DNA of 64,000 nucleotides from an uncultured Gemmatimonadales bacterium (GTDB lineage Bacteria > Gemmatimonadota > Gemmatimonadetes > Longimicrobiales > Longimicrobiaceae). Of the stretch, positions 10,567 through 20,970 are shown piece by piece. The stretch's first letter is position 1. Each line of letters starts with the position of its first letter. The stretch is from positions 5,120,001 to 5,184,000 of the forward strand of contig OY970303.1 of the NCBI GenBank assembly GCA_963716255.1. The letters run 5' to 3'. Under the pieces are notes generated by a model. It was not told the DNA's origin. It did no database searches and was given only the letters and a program-made list of their open reading frames with translations. The translations under genes were made by a program, and so were the position numbers.

Positions 10567-11106
10567 TCAGGCGGCAGCGAGCTGGGGCGTGAAGTCGACC
10601 CCGCTCTCTCCCCGGGCGATGGTTCCGAGCACGCGGGTGGAGCGGACCAGCCGCACCTCCACGGTCGGATCGGACGGGTCCGAGCGGCGCTCGAACGCGA
10701 GCTCGTCCAGGGGAACGCCCGTCCTCTCGCTGGCGAGCCGGCGGATCCGCGCGGTGAGGCGGATGGGCGCCGGCCGGGCGGCGCGCTCCAGCTCAAGGAT
10801 GCGGGCGACGAGCATCCCGGTGAGGAACCCGACCAGGCGGAGGAGCGTGGGCTCGCCCTTCGACAGGCGGCAGGCGAGCTCGTGCTTGCAGCGGATCACG
10901 GTCCGGGGCGGGTCGTGGCGCCAAGCCAAGTCGCCGCAGTCGCAGGTGTGGTCCGGGTCGCGCAGGTTGACGTAGTGCGGCTCGGCGTGCCCGGAGACAC
11001 GGAACCGGCCGCCGCCGAGGGGTTCGACACGAAGCTCCAGGGCCCGCTGCAGGCGGGCGAGGTCGACGCCGTCCACGCGGACGCCGCGGAAGACTCGATT
11101 CGGCAT
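10567..11106 (-). CDS. SWIM zinc-finger protein
   Basis: FRVSG..EPHYV...CDCGD...CKH SWIM signature; ATG at 11106. Confidence 0.75.
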   Translation of the reverse strand: MPNRVFRGVRVDGVDLARLQRALELRVEPLGGGRFRVSGHAEPHYVNLRDPDHTCDCGDLAWRHDPPRTVIRCKHELACRLSKGEPTLLRLVGFLTGMLVARILELERAARPAPIRLTARIRRLASERTGVPLDELAFERRSDPSDPTVEVRLVRSTRVLGTIARGESGVDFTPQLAAA

Positions 11107-11240
11107 GGGTCGGTGGTCGACGTGCTCGGCTCGGGCGCCGGCGCGTGGCGGTGGCCCGGTAGTGCAAAGCACCGGAGCGCGTGCGGGGGGCCGCGCTCCG
11201 GGGAGGAGGGCAGGCTCGTGGCGAACGGGAGGGGCGCGGG

Positions 11241-11597
11241 TCAGGCGCGCGCCCGGGGAGCTCGGCCGGGGTGGGGGAGCGCCTCGGGGGAGCCCGCGGC
11301 GGGGTCGGCGAGCCGCGAGGGGACGGTCTTCATCCTGGGGTGCATCCGGACAGGGACGACGGCGACGGTCTGTCCGGCGGCTTCGCGGTCTCCGCGCCAG
11401 CCGTGTTCCCCGGCTCCGAGGCGGCGCATCCACTCCTCGGCGCCACGCCGAGTCGCCCAGGTCTTTGCGTCCTCCACGTGGGTGCTCAGCTCGCCCTCCA
11501 TGTGGATGCCGACGGCCCGGGTGACGTAGCGGGGGCGGTTGGCTTCGGTGTCGTTCAGGAGGACCTGGATGGCATGGCGGACGATGTCCTCTGGCAA
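11241..11597 (-). CDS. Hypothetical protein
   Basis: TTG start after GAGAGAG; coding-like segment LPEDIVRHAIQVLL...AKTWATRRGAEEW. Confidence 0.5.
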   Translation of the reverse strand: MPEDIVRHAIQVLLNDTEANRPRYVTRAVGIHMEGELSTHVEDAKTWATRRGAEEWMRRLGAGEHGWRGDREAAGQTVAVVPVRMHPRMKTVPSRLADPAAGSPEALPHPGRAPRARA

Positions 11598-11644
11598 GGC
11601 TGGCTCTCTCGTGGTGTAGGGGTGGCGGGGACGAGCCGCGGCGG

Positions 11645-12256
11645 TCAGCCGGTGCAGGTGGCGATCTCGACGAACCGGGCGGCTTCCTCGCCCGTGAAGC
11701 CGAGCCGGGCGGCCATCTCCTCCGCGCCGCTCTCCGGGGTCAAGGCCTCGCCGAAGAAGCGCTGCGCGAAGTAGCGCCGCCCCGGTCCCGCCCCGAAGCT
11801 CCAGTGCCAGGTGGGGAAGTCCGCGCCCTCCGCGAAGATGAACCCGCCGCGCCCCATCCAGCGGGGCGGCAGCGCCTCCAGGAAGTAGTCGTGTACCCAC
11901 CGCGGGACCTCGATCTCCAGGCCCGAGCCGATGGCGTCCATCAGGTCCTCCCACTCGTCGCCCGTGTATCCCTCCTCGGGCATGGCCGAGAAGTCCCGGC
12001 GGACCGGCACCGGCCGGAGGATCGGGTGCGGCGGGACCTCGCGCGTGACGTTCGCCGCGAGCCGGACCGGCTTCTTCTCCTGGGACGCGCCGCCGAAGTC
12101 GGCGAGGAACCACTCCCCCGCGCGCGGGCTGCGCACTTCCCCCGTCTCCTCGAACCAGAGGCGGGTGAGCGGGTGGCGGTGGCGGGCCGGGGCGGGCGTG
12201 GGGGAGGCGGCGGGCGTCTCCGGGGCGGCGGCGGTCAGCATGGCGGACTGGCCCAT
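11645..12256 (-). CDS. Hypothetical protein with DUF1419-like motif
   Basis: HDYFLEALPPRWMGRGGFIFAEG resembles the DUF1419 (plasmid) core; GGAGAA RBS before ATG 12256. Confidence 0.55.
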   Translation of the reverse strand: MGQSAMLTAAAPETPAASPTPAPARHRHPLTRLWFEETGEVRSPRAGEWFLADFGGASQEKKPVRLAANVTREVPPHPILRPVPVRRDFSAMPEEGYTGDEWEDLMDAIGSGLEIEVPRWVHDYFLEALPPRWMGRGGFIFAEGADFPTWHWSFGAGPGRRYFAQRFFGEALTPESGAEEMAARLGFTGEEAARFVEIATCTG

Positions 12257-12548
12257 GGCGGTGTTCTCCCGCTCAGGTTGAGAGGGCCGGGCGGAGCGCC
12301 CGGCCAGGGGATCACGCGGCCCCGTGGGCGGCGCGCAGGTCGTGCGGCGCGGAGCTGAGGCAGTCGGGGCGTCCTCCCGGACGGGCCCCTCCTGCCGGCG
12401 GTCCTCCATCCGCATGGACGCGATCCGCACGGTGCCGCGGTCAACGCCGGTGGCCGGATCGACCGGAAGCAGCTCCAGGAGCGGGAGGAGCGAGCCGGGG
12501 TACGAGCGTGCACCCCGGGTCGTCCCCCGAAAGGCGAGCAGGCCGGTG

Positions 12549-12845
12549 TCACGACTCCGGGGCGTGCGGCGGCGCGGAGAGGAGCGGCCCGAATCCGAGC
12601 TGGTTGACGTGGACGTCGAGGAGCGCCAGGAGCGCGGCCCTGAGACGTGCTTCCGTGGCCCACTCCCCGGTGTTCTCGATGCCTGCATCTCCCCGGGTGG
12701 CCCGGACGCGCTCGGTGGCTCGGGACGCCACCAGGAGCTCGTCGAGCCGGGCCGTGATCCGGTCGAGGGGCGCGGAGGGCGCCGCCGTAGGGGTGGGCGC
12801 CGGCGCGGGGGCGGGCGGGGACGGTGGGTCGCGGCGTGCGATCAT
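12549..12845 (-). CDS. Hypothetical protein
   Basis: ATGA overlap with the upstream ORF; helical coding-like sequence. Confidence 0.55.
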   Translation of the reverse strand: MIARRDPPSPPAPAPAPTPTAAPSAPLDRITARLDELLVASRATERVRATRGDAGIENTGEWATEARLRAALLALLDVHVNQLGFGPLLSAPPHAPES

Positions 12846-13315
12846 GCGTCGATGGCGGATAGTTCCAGGTGAGCACGGGCGAGGGTCAGCATCTCCTCCG
12901 CCCGTGCATGAAGTCGTGTCTCGCCGCCGTGCTCGGCATCCTCCGCGAGGGCGGTGGCGAGCGCGCGAAGGCGGAAGGCGATCCGGCCGGGCCGCGCGTC
13001 CGGGTCGGTGCCGAAAGCGAGGTCGATCCCCACGGCCTCGATGCAGCCGATGGCCCGGTGGATCGGGGCCTCGCGCCGAGGCGACCCGTCCGGGAGGGGC
13101 GCACCGAGCAGGTCGAGCGCGCGGCGCAGCGCGGCGGTGCTGCTGTAGCGGAAAGGGTGGGGCAGCGCGCCCGGCAGAGCCGCGTCCAGGCACGACCGCG
13201 AGCAGTGCCACCGACCGCTCGCGGGATCCGCGTGACCGGGCGTGCCGGGCGTCGCTTCCGCCCCGCAGAACGCGCAGCGCGTACCGGGAGGGGGGGAGCT
13301 GGAAGCCGGGTGCAT
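12842..13315 (-). CDS. Hypothetical protein with N-terminal CxxC...CSxxC zinc-binding motif
   Basis: CAFCG...WHCSRSC (TRASH/MYM-like spacing); first gene after a leader with a hairpin. Confidence 0.6.
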   Translation of the reverse strand: MHPASSSPPPGTRCAFCGAEATPGTPGHADPASGRWHCSRSCLDAALPGALPHPFRYSSTAALRRALDLLGAPLPDGSPRREAPIHRAIGCIEAVGIDLAFGTDPDARPGRIAFRLRALATALAEDAEHGGETRLHARAEEMLTLARAHLELSAIDA

Positions 13316-13747
13316 CGGTGCCGGTTCGGGGAGAGGGACGAGAAAGCGGCCCGGGTCGACAGAACCCGAGCCGCTTCCCTTCGTTTTCTGTGGCGGGGGA
13401 GGTCAGGAGCGGCAGGCGGAGGGGGAGGGGGAGGGGGGCTGGACGGTCGAGGCTGGCGAGGGCGTGGGCTCGACGTTCACGCTGACCCTGTCCAGGGGCC
13501 GTACACCGGGCGGACCCCCGGCGCGCCCTGACGACTAACCTATAGCAGCGCGAGAAATCAGTTGATCCGCCTGTACCGGTAAGTGGCGCTCTCAGACGAT
13601 CCCGAAAACAGTTTTTCAGCTCAGGCCGAGTTCCTCTGCCGCAGCCCTCCCATCGTCGATCAGGTCGAGGATGGTGTAGGTGCTCACCTTCGGCAGCCCG
13701 TCCTGCGCGCGGCACCGGGCCCGCTGCAGGCGAGCCCGGCTGCACCG

Positions 13748-14617
13748 TCAGGCGGCGAAGCGGAAGAAGCCGGGGGAGGCGCCGGTCCGCCCTGTGATCA
13801 CGTCGACCTGGATCCCCCGGACCGGAGCGAGGGGCTCCATCCCCTCGTACATGGCGCTGCACACCGCGGGGTCCGCGAGATCGCGGATCATCAGTGCGAT
13901 CAGCCCGTCGTTGGCGAACTGCATCCAGAGCGCGGCGGCGGCGTCCGGGAACTCGGCGTGCTCCGCGATCAGGAGCACCAGGTCCATCGCTTCCACCACT
14001 TCCGGCAGCGACGCGAAGTGAGGGATCCAGCGGTCCAGGCACTCGGCTGCGAGCGCGCGCGCCTCGTACGGCCAGGGCGCGGGGGCCCGCTCCTCGTAGA
14101 AGCGGACCGCCTCCTCCAGGAAGACGCGGGGGGCCGACGCGAGGCGACGCGTCCAGGCCTGGACCGCGTGGAGGTTGCGGATGGCGATCTCGGCGGCGCG
14201 TGCGGCCTGGTCCGCGCCGTCACGCCCGGCGCACCCGGAGAGGCCGTACCACTGCACGTAGGTCGCGTAGAGGAGGTCGGCCAGCGGGGCGGACGGAGCG
14301 GTGGTGGTGGGACAGGCGGGCTCGTCGCAGCTGCAGCGGAAGAGCCCGAGCGGCTCCCCCAGCGCGAGCAGGGCGGCGCGGAGGTCCCGGTGGTCCTCGG
14401 GCTCGTCGGCAGCCGGCGTCCGGAGCTTGCGGGCGGCCTCCGCCACCTCCTGGAGGAGCAGGTGGAGCGGGAAGCGCTCCGGTGCGTGGTAGATGCACTC
14501 GGGATCGGTGCAGGGGCAGACGACGCGCGCGAACGCGTCCAGGCGCCCACCGAGCGCGAGGAGGAAGTGCCGCGCCTGGCGCACGGGATGGTCGAGCTGG
14601 GCGTGGGTCGGGGACAT
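13748..14617 (-). CDS. Hypothetical protein with two CxCxxPxC motifs
   Basis: CPCTDPEC and CSCDEPAC; coding-like codon usage. Confidence 0.65.
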   Translation of the reverse strand: MSPTHAQLDHPVRQARHFLLALGGRLDAFARVVCPCTDPECIYHAPERFPLHLLLQEVAEAARKLRTPAADEPEDHRDLRAALLALGEPLGLFRCSCDEPACPTTTAPSAPLADLLYATYVQWYGLSGCAGRDGADQAARAAEIAIRNLHAVQAWTRRLASAPRVFLEEAVRFYEERAPAPWPYEARALAAECLDRWIPHFASLPEVVEAMDLVLLIAEHAEFPDAAAALWMQFANDGLIALMIRDLADPAVCSAMYEGMEPLAPVRGIQVDVITGRTGASPGFFRFAA

Positions 14618-14722
14618 CGTAGCTGGGTCGAAGATGTGGACGTCGTGCCGGGGCTGTGCCCCGCGCGTGCGACAGGGGCGAGGTGACGAGGGGCGCGGAG
14701 CCGGGCTCCGCGCCCCTGCCGC

Positions 14723-17700
14723 TCAGAGGTCCAGGCCCGGGGTGGCCCGCTTCTGGGCACGATGCTGGCCGCTGTGTTCGACCAGGCTCGCGCGGGGCTG
14801 GCGACCCACGGCGGAGACGCCGAGCGCCTGCCCCCCGGAGAGACGGTCCATCGCGCGGGCAAGCTGGGGACGGACGCTCCGTACCCGGGTCTGCTCGGCA
14901 GGCGAAAGGGTCGACCACGAGGCGTGGGTGCGTTTCAGCGCCGGGTCGTGATCCCAGTTGGAGAGACGGGGCTCGATCCTGGCGAGTCGCTGCTCGATCC
15001 CGCGGATCTCCGCGCCGAGGGCGTTGCGGACCATGGAGCGCGTCGCGGGCTCTGGAAGCCCGAGCTCGGCCGCGGTCGTGCGGATCCGGTCCTGGAAAGC
15101 GAGAGCGGCTTCGACGTAGTGCCGTCCGTGGTTCGCGACGGCGCGCGCGTGGGCGCGCGCCTGCGCCGGATCCGGGGCGAGGCGTCCGGCGTCGCCGACC
15201 TTGGGGTGCCCGCGGAGATCGTCCGGGCGGGTTGCCAGGACGTCGAGGACCTGGTGCTTTTCGCCTGCGCCGAGAGCCCGGAACGCGTCCTGGAAGGCCT
15301 TCGGATCGGCGAGCACCACGGGGAGCTGTTGCCGGAACTCCGCGGCGGTGGCGAGGAGGCGGTCATACGCGCGGTCGAGGGACGCCAGGACCTCGCCGCG
15401 GGCCCGGCGATCCGTCGACAGGGCATCACGCTGCGCGGTGAGGCGGAGCTGAGACTCCAGCTCCGCGCTGCCCGGGAGGAGGGCATGGACCCGGTTCTCC
15501 GTGATCGCCTGGAGCGCCCAGCGAAACTGCGAGGGGGTCACGTCGCCAGGGAGGCCCGCGTCCCGGATCGCGGCGCGTCTCTGGAGCCGGAACGCCGCCT
15601 GCTCCGCGACGTAGAGGTTGCCCAGGCGGGCGGCCTCCGGGCCGTGCCGCAGCGCCGCGGCGGCCTCGGCGCCGGGGAGGCCCGCCCACCGCGGGTCGAC
15701 GGAGCTGGGAGCGAGCCGGCCGGCGGCGCCGATCCTGTCCGGGAGGGTGGACGGATCGACCTCCAGCGCGCGGAGCACCTCCCGCTTCTCCCGCAGGGGG
15801 AGGCGCCCGAAGGCGCGGACGAACGCATCGGGGTCCGCGACGATGGCGGAGACGGCGCCCCGGAAGGCTGTACGGGCTGCGTCGGCGTCGTACGAGGAGG
15901 GGATGAGGTCGTCGGCGACCCGCGGGCGGGCGTCCGGCGAGGCCCGGTACACGCGGGCGATCGGGGCCGGCGCGCCGCGGTCGCCGGGCGAGCGCATCAG
16001 GGTGCCCGCCGCGCGGAGGTGGCGCCGGAAGTCTCTCCCGGCGCGCAGGTAGTCCCGGCCTGCGCGCGCCGCCTCGCGAGCTTCCGCGTGGGCGGCGGCC
16101 GTGTCGGCGCCGGGGATCGCGCCGCGAGGCCCGTCGACCTGCCGTGCGACCAGGCGGCCGGCGCTGCCGAGCCATGCCTCCAGCTTGCCGGGCTGCGTGG
16201 CGAGGGTGTCCAGGGCTTCCCGCTTGCTCGCCGGGGAGTCCGACTTGGCGCGCCCGGGAGGGGTCCTCTCGGGGAGCTGGTGGAAGGCGCGCACGAACCG
16301 GCCGGGGTCCGCGACGACGGAGCGCAGCCGGTCCCTGAACTCGGTCCTGGCGACCCGGAAGGCGGCGCGCGTGTCGGCGATCTCCTCGACCGCCTCCTGC
16401 CGGCGCCGGGCGGTGGCGACGCTGCCCGGGGTGGGCGGGAGCAGCGGACCCTGCAGGGTGGCGGACTCCAGGCGGTAGGTCTCGATCGCCCGGGTTGCAG
16501 CCGCGGGGGGCAGGGGGCCGCCGAAGTCGCGCCAGTTGGAGCGCTCCGCCGCGCGGAGTGCCGCCTGCGCGTCCAGGCGGAGGTGGATCGGGGTCTCCGG
16601 CGTGATGTCGCCGATCTCGCGGCCGGGGTTGGGGGGGAACCGCGCATTGAAGGTGCGCGGGTCCACTTCCGCCAGGCGGGAAGCGACACGCTCGAACGCC
16701 GACCTCGCGACGCCGACACGGTCGAGCCACTGGAGCACCCTGTCCTGCTCACCGTTGCGAAGCCCCCAGGCCACGCGTTCCGCGTCCGCCGCCAGGCCCG
16801 GCACTCCCAGACCGTTCAGCCACTCGGACACGCGGGCGGTGTGCTGGGTGGCGAGCCACTGGTTGACGCGGGCGGTGTGCCTGTCCAGGAACGGGTGCGC
16901 TTCGAAGGGTCCGACCGCTTCGTCGACCCCGGTGTGCCCGGTGTAGCCGGGGACCGGGACCCGCGTGGGAGCGGTGACCTCCGCCAGGGGACCCGCCCGG
17001 AGGTGCCGGGGCTCCCAGCGCTCCTCGATCGCCGCGACCCGGGCACGCCGTTCTTCCTCACCGAGCCTGGGATTCTGCAGGACCTTCCCGATCTGCCGTT
17101 CCCGGGTGAACGCGCGGCGTGCCTCCCACTGACGATCCTCGTGCAGTGCTTCAGTCCAGTCCCGCGAGATAGCGGCGGCCCGGGCAGCGTCGTACAGGTC
17201 CGGAGTCACGAGGGCACGGAGCTCGTCCCGGACGCCGGGATCCATGAGGGCGCGCAGCCGCGCGCCGGCGAGGTGCGCCTCGAGGGCTGCGATCCGCTGC
17301 GCCGCCTGCTCGCCGGGGGTGCCGTCGCCGAGCGACGCGCGGAGCGTGGACAGCTCCCCGGAGGCGACCGGATCCACCAGGGCGTCGAGACGGGCCCTGG
17401 CCTCGTCGCCGGTCTCCCGGGCCGGCACCATGTGCATGGCGTGCCTGGTCAGGACCTGCCCGTCCGGGCCGCGGGTGAAGAGCGGGTCCCCGATGCCGCG
17501 CGTGTGGCGCCGGCTCTGGGTGACTCCGACCGCGAAGCCGCTGATGCGGGGGACGTCCGGGTACTCGCCGCGCAGCGGGATCAGCTCCTCGTCGGGGCGA
17601 ACCGTCGACGCAGCCCGGATCCGCGGCCGTCCATCCTCGGTGGCGGACAGCGTGCGCCGGGTGGCGACGTCGGACTGGGGGTAGATCGCGAAGCCACCCC

Positions 17701-18793
17701 TTGCCGGCGCGGCCGCGTCGGTGAAGTCGGGGAGGGAGGCCGTGCCGCTCCAGTCGCTCTCCTGTGGATTCTCGAACCGTGATTCGTCGGAGCGGGCGCT
17801 CCGGTCACCGCGCAGCATCAGCTCGTCCTCGGTGAGCTTCAGGCCGGCGCCGAGCGCCGCGGCGAGGTCCTCCGGCACCAGCCGCGGAACGCGCGGGTAG
17901 CGGCCACGGATGGGGTGGAGGACCTCGTCCTCGCCCACCTCGGAGGCCGGGCGGCTCCAGGGCCGCCCGTCGGGACCCGCCGAGAGGGTCCGGCGGGTGA
18001 GGAGGTCGGACTGCGGGTTCACGAGCAGCGGTTCGCCTGCGTCCCGTCCGAACTGCAGGTGGCGGTCCTTCCACAGCAGGGTCAGCTCGCGGGCGATCGC
18101 GCGGAACCGCGGCGCGGCGGACAGGCTTCGCGCCGGCCGCTCCTTGAGGCCGCGGCGCTCGAGGTCGTCGACCAGGGTGTGGTAGATCGCGGTCGGGATC
18201 TGGCCCACGGTGCGGTGGGTGTCCTTGCAGAGCCTGTAGTCACGCTCCCGGGCGTCGTGCTTGCCGTAGTTGCACGCGACGCAGACGTGGAAGCGCTCGG
18301 ATTGCGGGCGGCCGTCCCTGCGGCGTATCGGGATGGCGCGGCCCCAGATTCCGTACTCGCCCTCGAACGGCAGGGTCCGGGCGGGCGACGCGAATGGGAG
18401 CTGGATGCCGCGCTCCTGCGGCGGCGGGAGCTCGGGAAAGAGGCCCCACCCCCTCGTGTCACGCTCGACGATGGGGTTCGGGCGACCCTCCCGGACGGCC
18501 TGGATCCCGGCGCTGACGACGGCGTTGAGGGCGCGGAGCTCGCGGGTCTCCCGGGCGGTCAGGATCTGCTGCTCGCGCAGGGTGGGACCGGGCGCGGGGG
18601 GCTCCGGGGGCACCAGCATGCCCAGGCGGCGGTCGATGGCCCGGGAGAGGCCGAGGGCGATGTCCCGGACCTGCCTGGCGACGGCTGCCTCGATCTCGCG
18701 CTCCGCCGGGATGGAGCGGAGCGCGGCGGCGATCAGCTCGCCGTTGCTAGGCGGGCCAGCAGCCACGGCTCGCCGGGGTGTCGTTTCATCCAT
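14723..18793 (-). CDS. Large mobile-element protein with an internal duplication and three C-terminal BID-like repeats
   Basis: 1356 aa; two PQSD..TRRTLSA..DGRP...P.RG.YP.VPR units; three F...(V/L)ADP..F..AF..L...K...L..L...P..L.....AGRL units; basic tail RAQKRATPGLDL. Confidence 0.75.
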   Translation of the reverse strand: MDETTPRRAVAAGPPSNGELIAAALRSIPAEREIEAAVARQVRDIALGLSRAIDRRLGMLVPPEPPAPGPTLREQQILTARETRELRALNAVVSAGIQAVREGRPNPIVERDTRGWGLFPELPPPQERGIQLPFASPARTLPFEGEYGIWGRAIPIRRRDGRPQSERFHVCVACNYGKHDARERDYRLCKDTHRTVGQIPTAIYHTLVDDLERRGLKERPARSLSAAPRFRAIARELTLLWKDRHLQFGRDAGEPLLVNPQSDLLTRRTLSAGPDGRPWSRPASEVGEDEVLHPIRGRYPRVPRLVPEDLAAALGAGLKLTEDELMLRGDRSARSDESRFENPQESDWSGTASLPDFTDAAAPARGGFAIYPQSDVATRRTLSATEDGRPRIRAASTVRPDEELIPLRGEYPDVPRISGFAVGVTQSRRHTRGIGDPLFTRGPDGQVLTRHAMHMVPARETGDEARARLDALVDPVASGELSTLRASLGDGTPGEQAAQRIAALEAHLAGARLRALMDPGVRDELRALVTPDLYDAARAAAISRDWTEALHEDRQWEARRAFTRERQIGKVLQNPRLGEEERRARVAAIEERWEPRHLRAGPLAEVTAPTRVPVPGYTGHTGVDEAVGPFEAHPFLDRHTARVNQWLATQHTARVSEWLNGLGVPGLAADAERVAWGLRNGEQDRVLQWLDRVGVARSAFERVASRLAEVDPRTFNARFPPNPGREIGDITPETPIHLRLDAQAALRAAERSNWRDFGGPLPPAAATRAIETYRLESATLQGPLLPPTPGSVATARRRQEAVEEIADTRAAFRVARTEFRDRLRSVVADPGRFVRAFHQLPERTPPGRAKSDSPASKREALDTLATQPGKLEAWLGSAGRLVARQVDGPRGAIPGADTAAAHAEAREAARAGRDYLRAGRDFRRHLRAAGTLMRSPGDRGAPAPIARVYRASPDARPRVADDLIPSSYDADAARTAFRGAVSAIVADPDAFVRAFGRLPLREKREVLRALEVDPSTLPDRIGAAGRLAPSSVDPRWAGLPGAEAAAALRHGPEAARLGNLYVAEQAAFRLQRRAAIRDAGLPGDVTPSQFRWALQAITENRVHALLPGSAELESQLRLTAQRDALSTDRRARGEVLASLDRAYDRLLATAAEFRQQLPVVLADPKAFQDAFRALGAGEKHQVLDVLATRPDDLRGHPKVGDAGRLAPDPAQARAHARAVANHGRHYVEAALAFQDRIRTTAAELGLPEPATRSMVRNALGAEIRGIEQRLARIEPRLSNWDHDPALKRTHASWSTLSPAEQTRVRSVRPQLARAMDRLSGGQALGVSAVGRQPRASLVEHSGQHRAQKRATPGLDL

Positions 18794-19524
18794 TCGGCCC
18801 CTGGGCGCCGGGGTGACAGTGCTGCTGTGACGGCGGGCGCGGACGGTGCCGGCTCCCTGGAGGCATTACCCCGTGATCTCCGACAACAGCATCGGGGCAC
18901 CTGGAACGTAGGGAGGCGACACGGCGGGGCTGGGGAGGCGGGCAGGATGCTAGTGAGCGGTAGTGGCGGGAGGTAAGCGGGCGAGCGGTGTTCCCGGAGG
19001 ACGTGAGCCACTGGCGGGAAGCCGGCATGGGTGGACGGTTGGCGGACTCTACGCGCGGAGTGGCATTACGCCCGAGAAAAGAATCGAGCCACATACAAAT
19101 GATCGCGTACCCTTCAAGCAATGTGCGCCATCGTGATGGTAGTCCCGGTTCTCGGGGTGTGTGTTCCTGGCGGAATTGATGCGGGCGGGAAAAACCGACG
19201 GGAGCCCCGACGCCGAGCTGCGGCGAAGGCGTTGTCACCCGCCGGCCTGGCATCGCTACGAAGTACAGGGGCACGAACGGCGCCCCCACCGCGAACCTCG
19301 CTGGGGGCGTCATTTTGCCCCATCACCCGGCGCTGCTCGCCGCCCTTCTGAAGCGAAAGGCCTCCAACCACAGGTACGGGAGAAATCGCGTGTGGCCTCC
19401 CAGCCAGAAATCGTCCAGGATGACATCGTCGAGGCACACTCGCTGAAAAAAGACGGGGTTGCTGTCCCTTCCAGAGAAAACATCCTCGTTCAGTTGGTTT
19501 CGTTCTGTCCAACCATGTAAATGA

Positions 19525-19549
19525 TGTGTCGATCCATGTTCGGTATTTT
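19525..19549 (+). promoter_or_regulatory. Conserved upstream motif, copy 1 (TGTGTCGAT-N6-TCGGTATTTT)
   Basis: Same 9-bp and 10-bp boxes with the same spacing occur upstream of the paralogous TPR gene at 30781-30805 (minus strand). Confidence 0.65.
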
Positions 19550-19731
19550 TCTCATCTTTTATTGCACCGTTGCTGATCTTACGTTGTGACGGGCCCTGAG
19601 CCGTTCAGAGATGGCCGCGCCGCAACGGGTCCCGACCGAGCTTTCCCGAAGACAAATCGCCTGAGCCGTGGTGTGAGCGTCCTGCTCCTGGCCCGGCGAC
19701 ATACTCGTACACGGCCGCCGGCCTCGCCTAG

Positions 19732-20970
19732 ATGCCACGAAGCTCCTTGCGAAGCAATCCACTGAAGGCCGGCGACCGCACGATCTGCCGAGCGCGGCCT
19801 GGCGACGCAAGAGCGGCCTGGCTGGTCAACGTCGCAGAGGAACGAGAGAGTTTCGCTGGACTGGACGTCCTGCAGGAGTGCGACGATGCCGCTTCGCTCC
19901 TGCTCTGGCAGGGGCTCCGCGATGTGGTCCTATGGGGAACGACGGCGCCCGCGGACCGAGGTAGCCTGTTCGGCCCATGCGCGCACGCGTCGTTCGTGGA
20001 GATCCGGGCTTCAGCCGAGGTGGATTCGGCCCTCGGGCTGCCACTCGCCTGTCTGTGCGACCTGGTTGCCAGCCCTGCCAACGCCGACCCCGGACTCCTG
20101 GAGATTGCCTGCCTCGCGATCGCAAAGTGGGCCGCGGCCACCCAGCGGACGCGCACCGCACTCCACTTCGCCGAGGCGGCAGCGCTGGTGTGCCCGCGCT
20201 CGCCGGCAGCGGCCGCGGAAGCCGGCGAGCTGGCGCTTCAGCTCGGCCGCCACCAGCGGGCGCATGTATGGCTGCGGTTGGCGGCGGGCCTGAGTCGACG
20301 CAGCCGTGGGTGGAGCATCCATGGAGCGGCGCGTCTGAACCTGGGGCGGCTCTACGCCTTGCGGGGCGATCTCAGAGCCAGCCGGGACTCCCTGCTGGCG
20401 GGCCTGCGCGTGGCGCGCAGGTATCGGCTGGATCGGCTGCGGGGCCGGATCGCCCTGGAGCTGTTTCGAGTGTGCAGGATGAACGCCGATCACCGCGGGG
20501 CCGTACGCTACTCGCGAGTGGCGCAGCGCTTTCTGCACCCGGGGGGGGCGGCGGTGCGTGAGCTGAGACAGGAAGTTGCCGAGTTCTGGATCGAGACCGG
20601 TGAGCCGTGCCGCGCCGTCCGCCTCCTGCAAGGGGCTGCCGTCGCGCGCCACCCCGAAGCGGACCAGATCGCGTGCACGATCCTGCTGTTTCGGGCCGCT
20701 GTCGCCGCACAGGACCGAGTCGCCATGGACACCGCGTGGGACACTGCCACCGTGCTGATTCGCGCACAGGGTGAGACCAATGCGACTGCCCGCCAGCTAC
20801 TCGCCCTTGCAGAGGCCGCCGCGGGCCACATCGAGCGAAGCCGCGTAGCCATGGTCGCCGACCAGGCAGCCGGCGAGGCGCGCCGCCGCGGTGACGAGGC
20901 TACAGCGGCCGCCGCGGAGGCGGTCCTTCGCAGGATCGAGGACGCCTGGAGCGGCAGGGTCCCCGCGTGA
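19732..20970 (+). CDS. TPR-like helical-repeat protein (paralog 1); start uncertain
   Basis: GLDVL.E...LLLWQGLRDVVLW N-domain then TPR-like units (AARLNLGRLYALRGDLRAS); similar to 29371-30663. Confidence 0.75.
   Translation: MPRSSLRSNPLKAGDRTICRARPGDARAAWLVNVAEERESFAGLDVLQECDDAASLLLWQGLRDVVLWGTTAPADRGSLFGPCAHASFVEIRASAEVDSALGLPLACLCDLVASPANADPGLLEIACLAIAKWAAATQRTRTALHFAEAAALVCPRSPAAAAEAGELALQLGRHQRAHVWLRLAAGLSRRSRGWSIHGAARLNLGRLYALRGDLRASRDSLLAGLRVARRYRLDRLRGRIALELFRVCRMNADHRGAVRYSRVAQRFLHPGGAAVRELRQEVAEFWIETGEPCRAVRLLQGAAVARHPEADQIACTILLFRAAVAAQDRVAMDTAWDTATVLIRAQGETNATARQLLALAEAAAGHIERSRVAMVADQAAGEARRRGDEATAAAAEAVLRRIEDAWSGRVPA

Noticed and set aside
14723..18793. Calling the 1356-aa protein a relaxase
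   Set aside because: BID-like repeats and a basic tail are present, but I found no HUH or catalytic-Tyr relaxase motifs and no helicase motifs.
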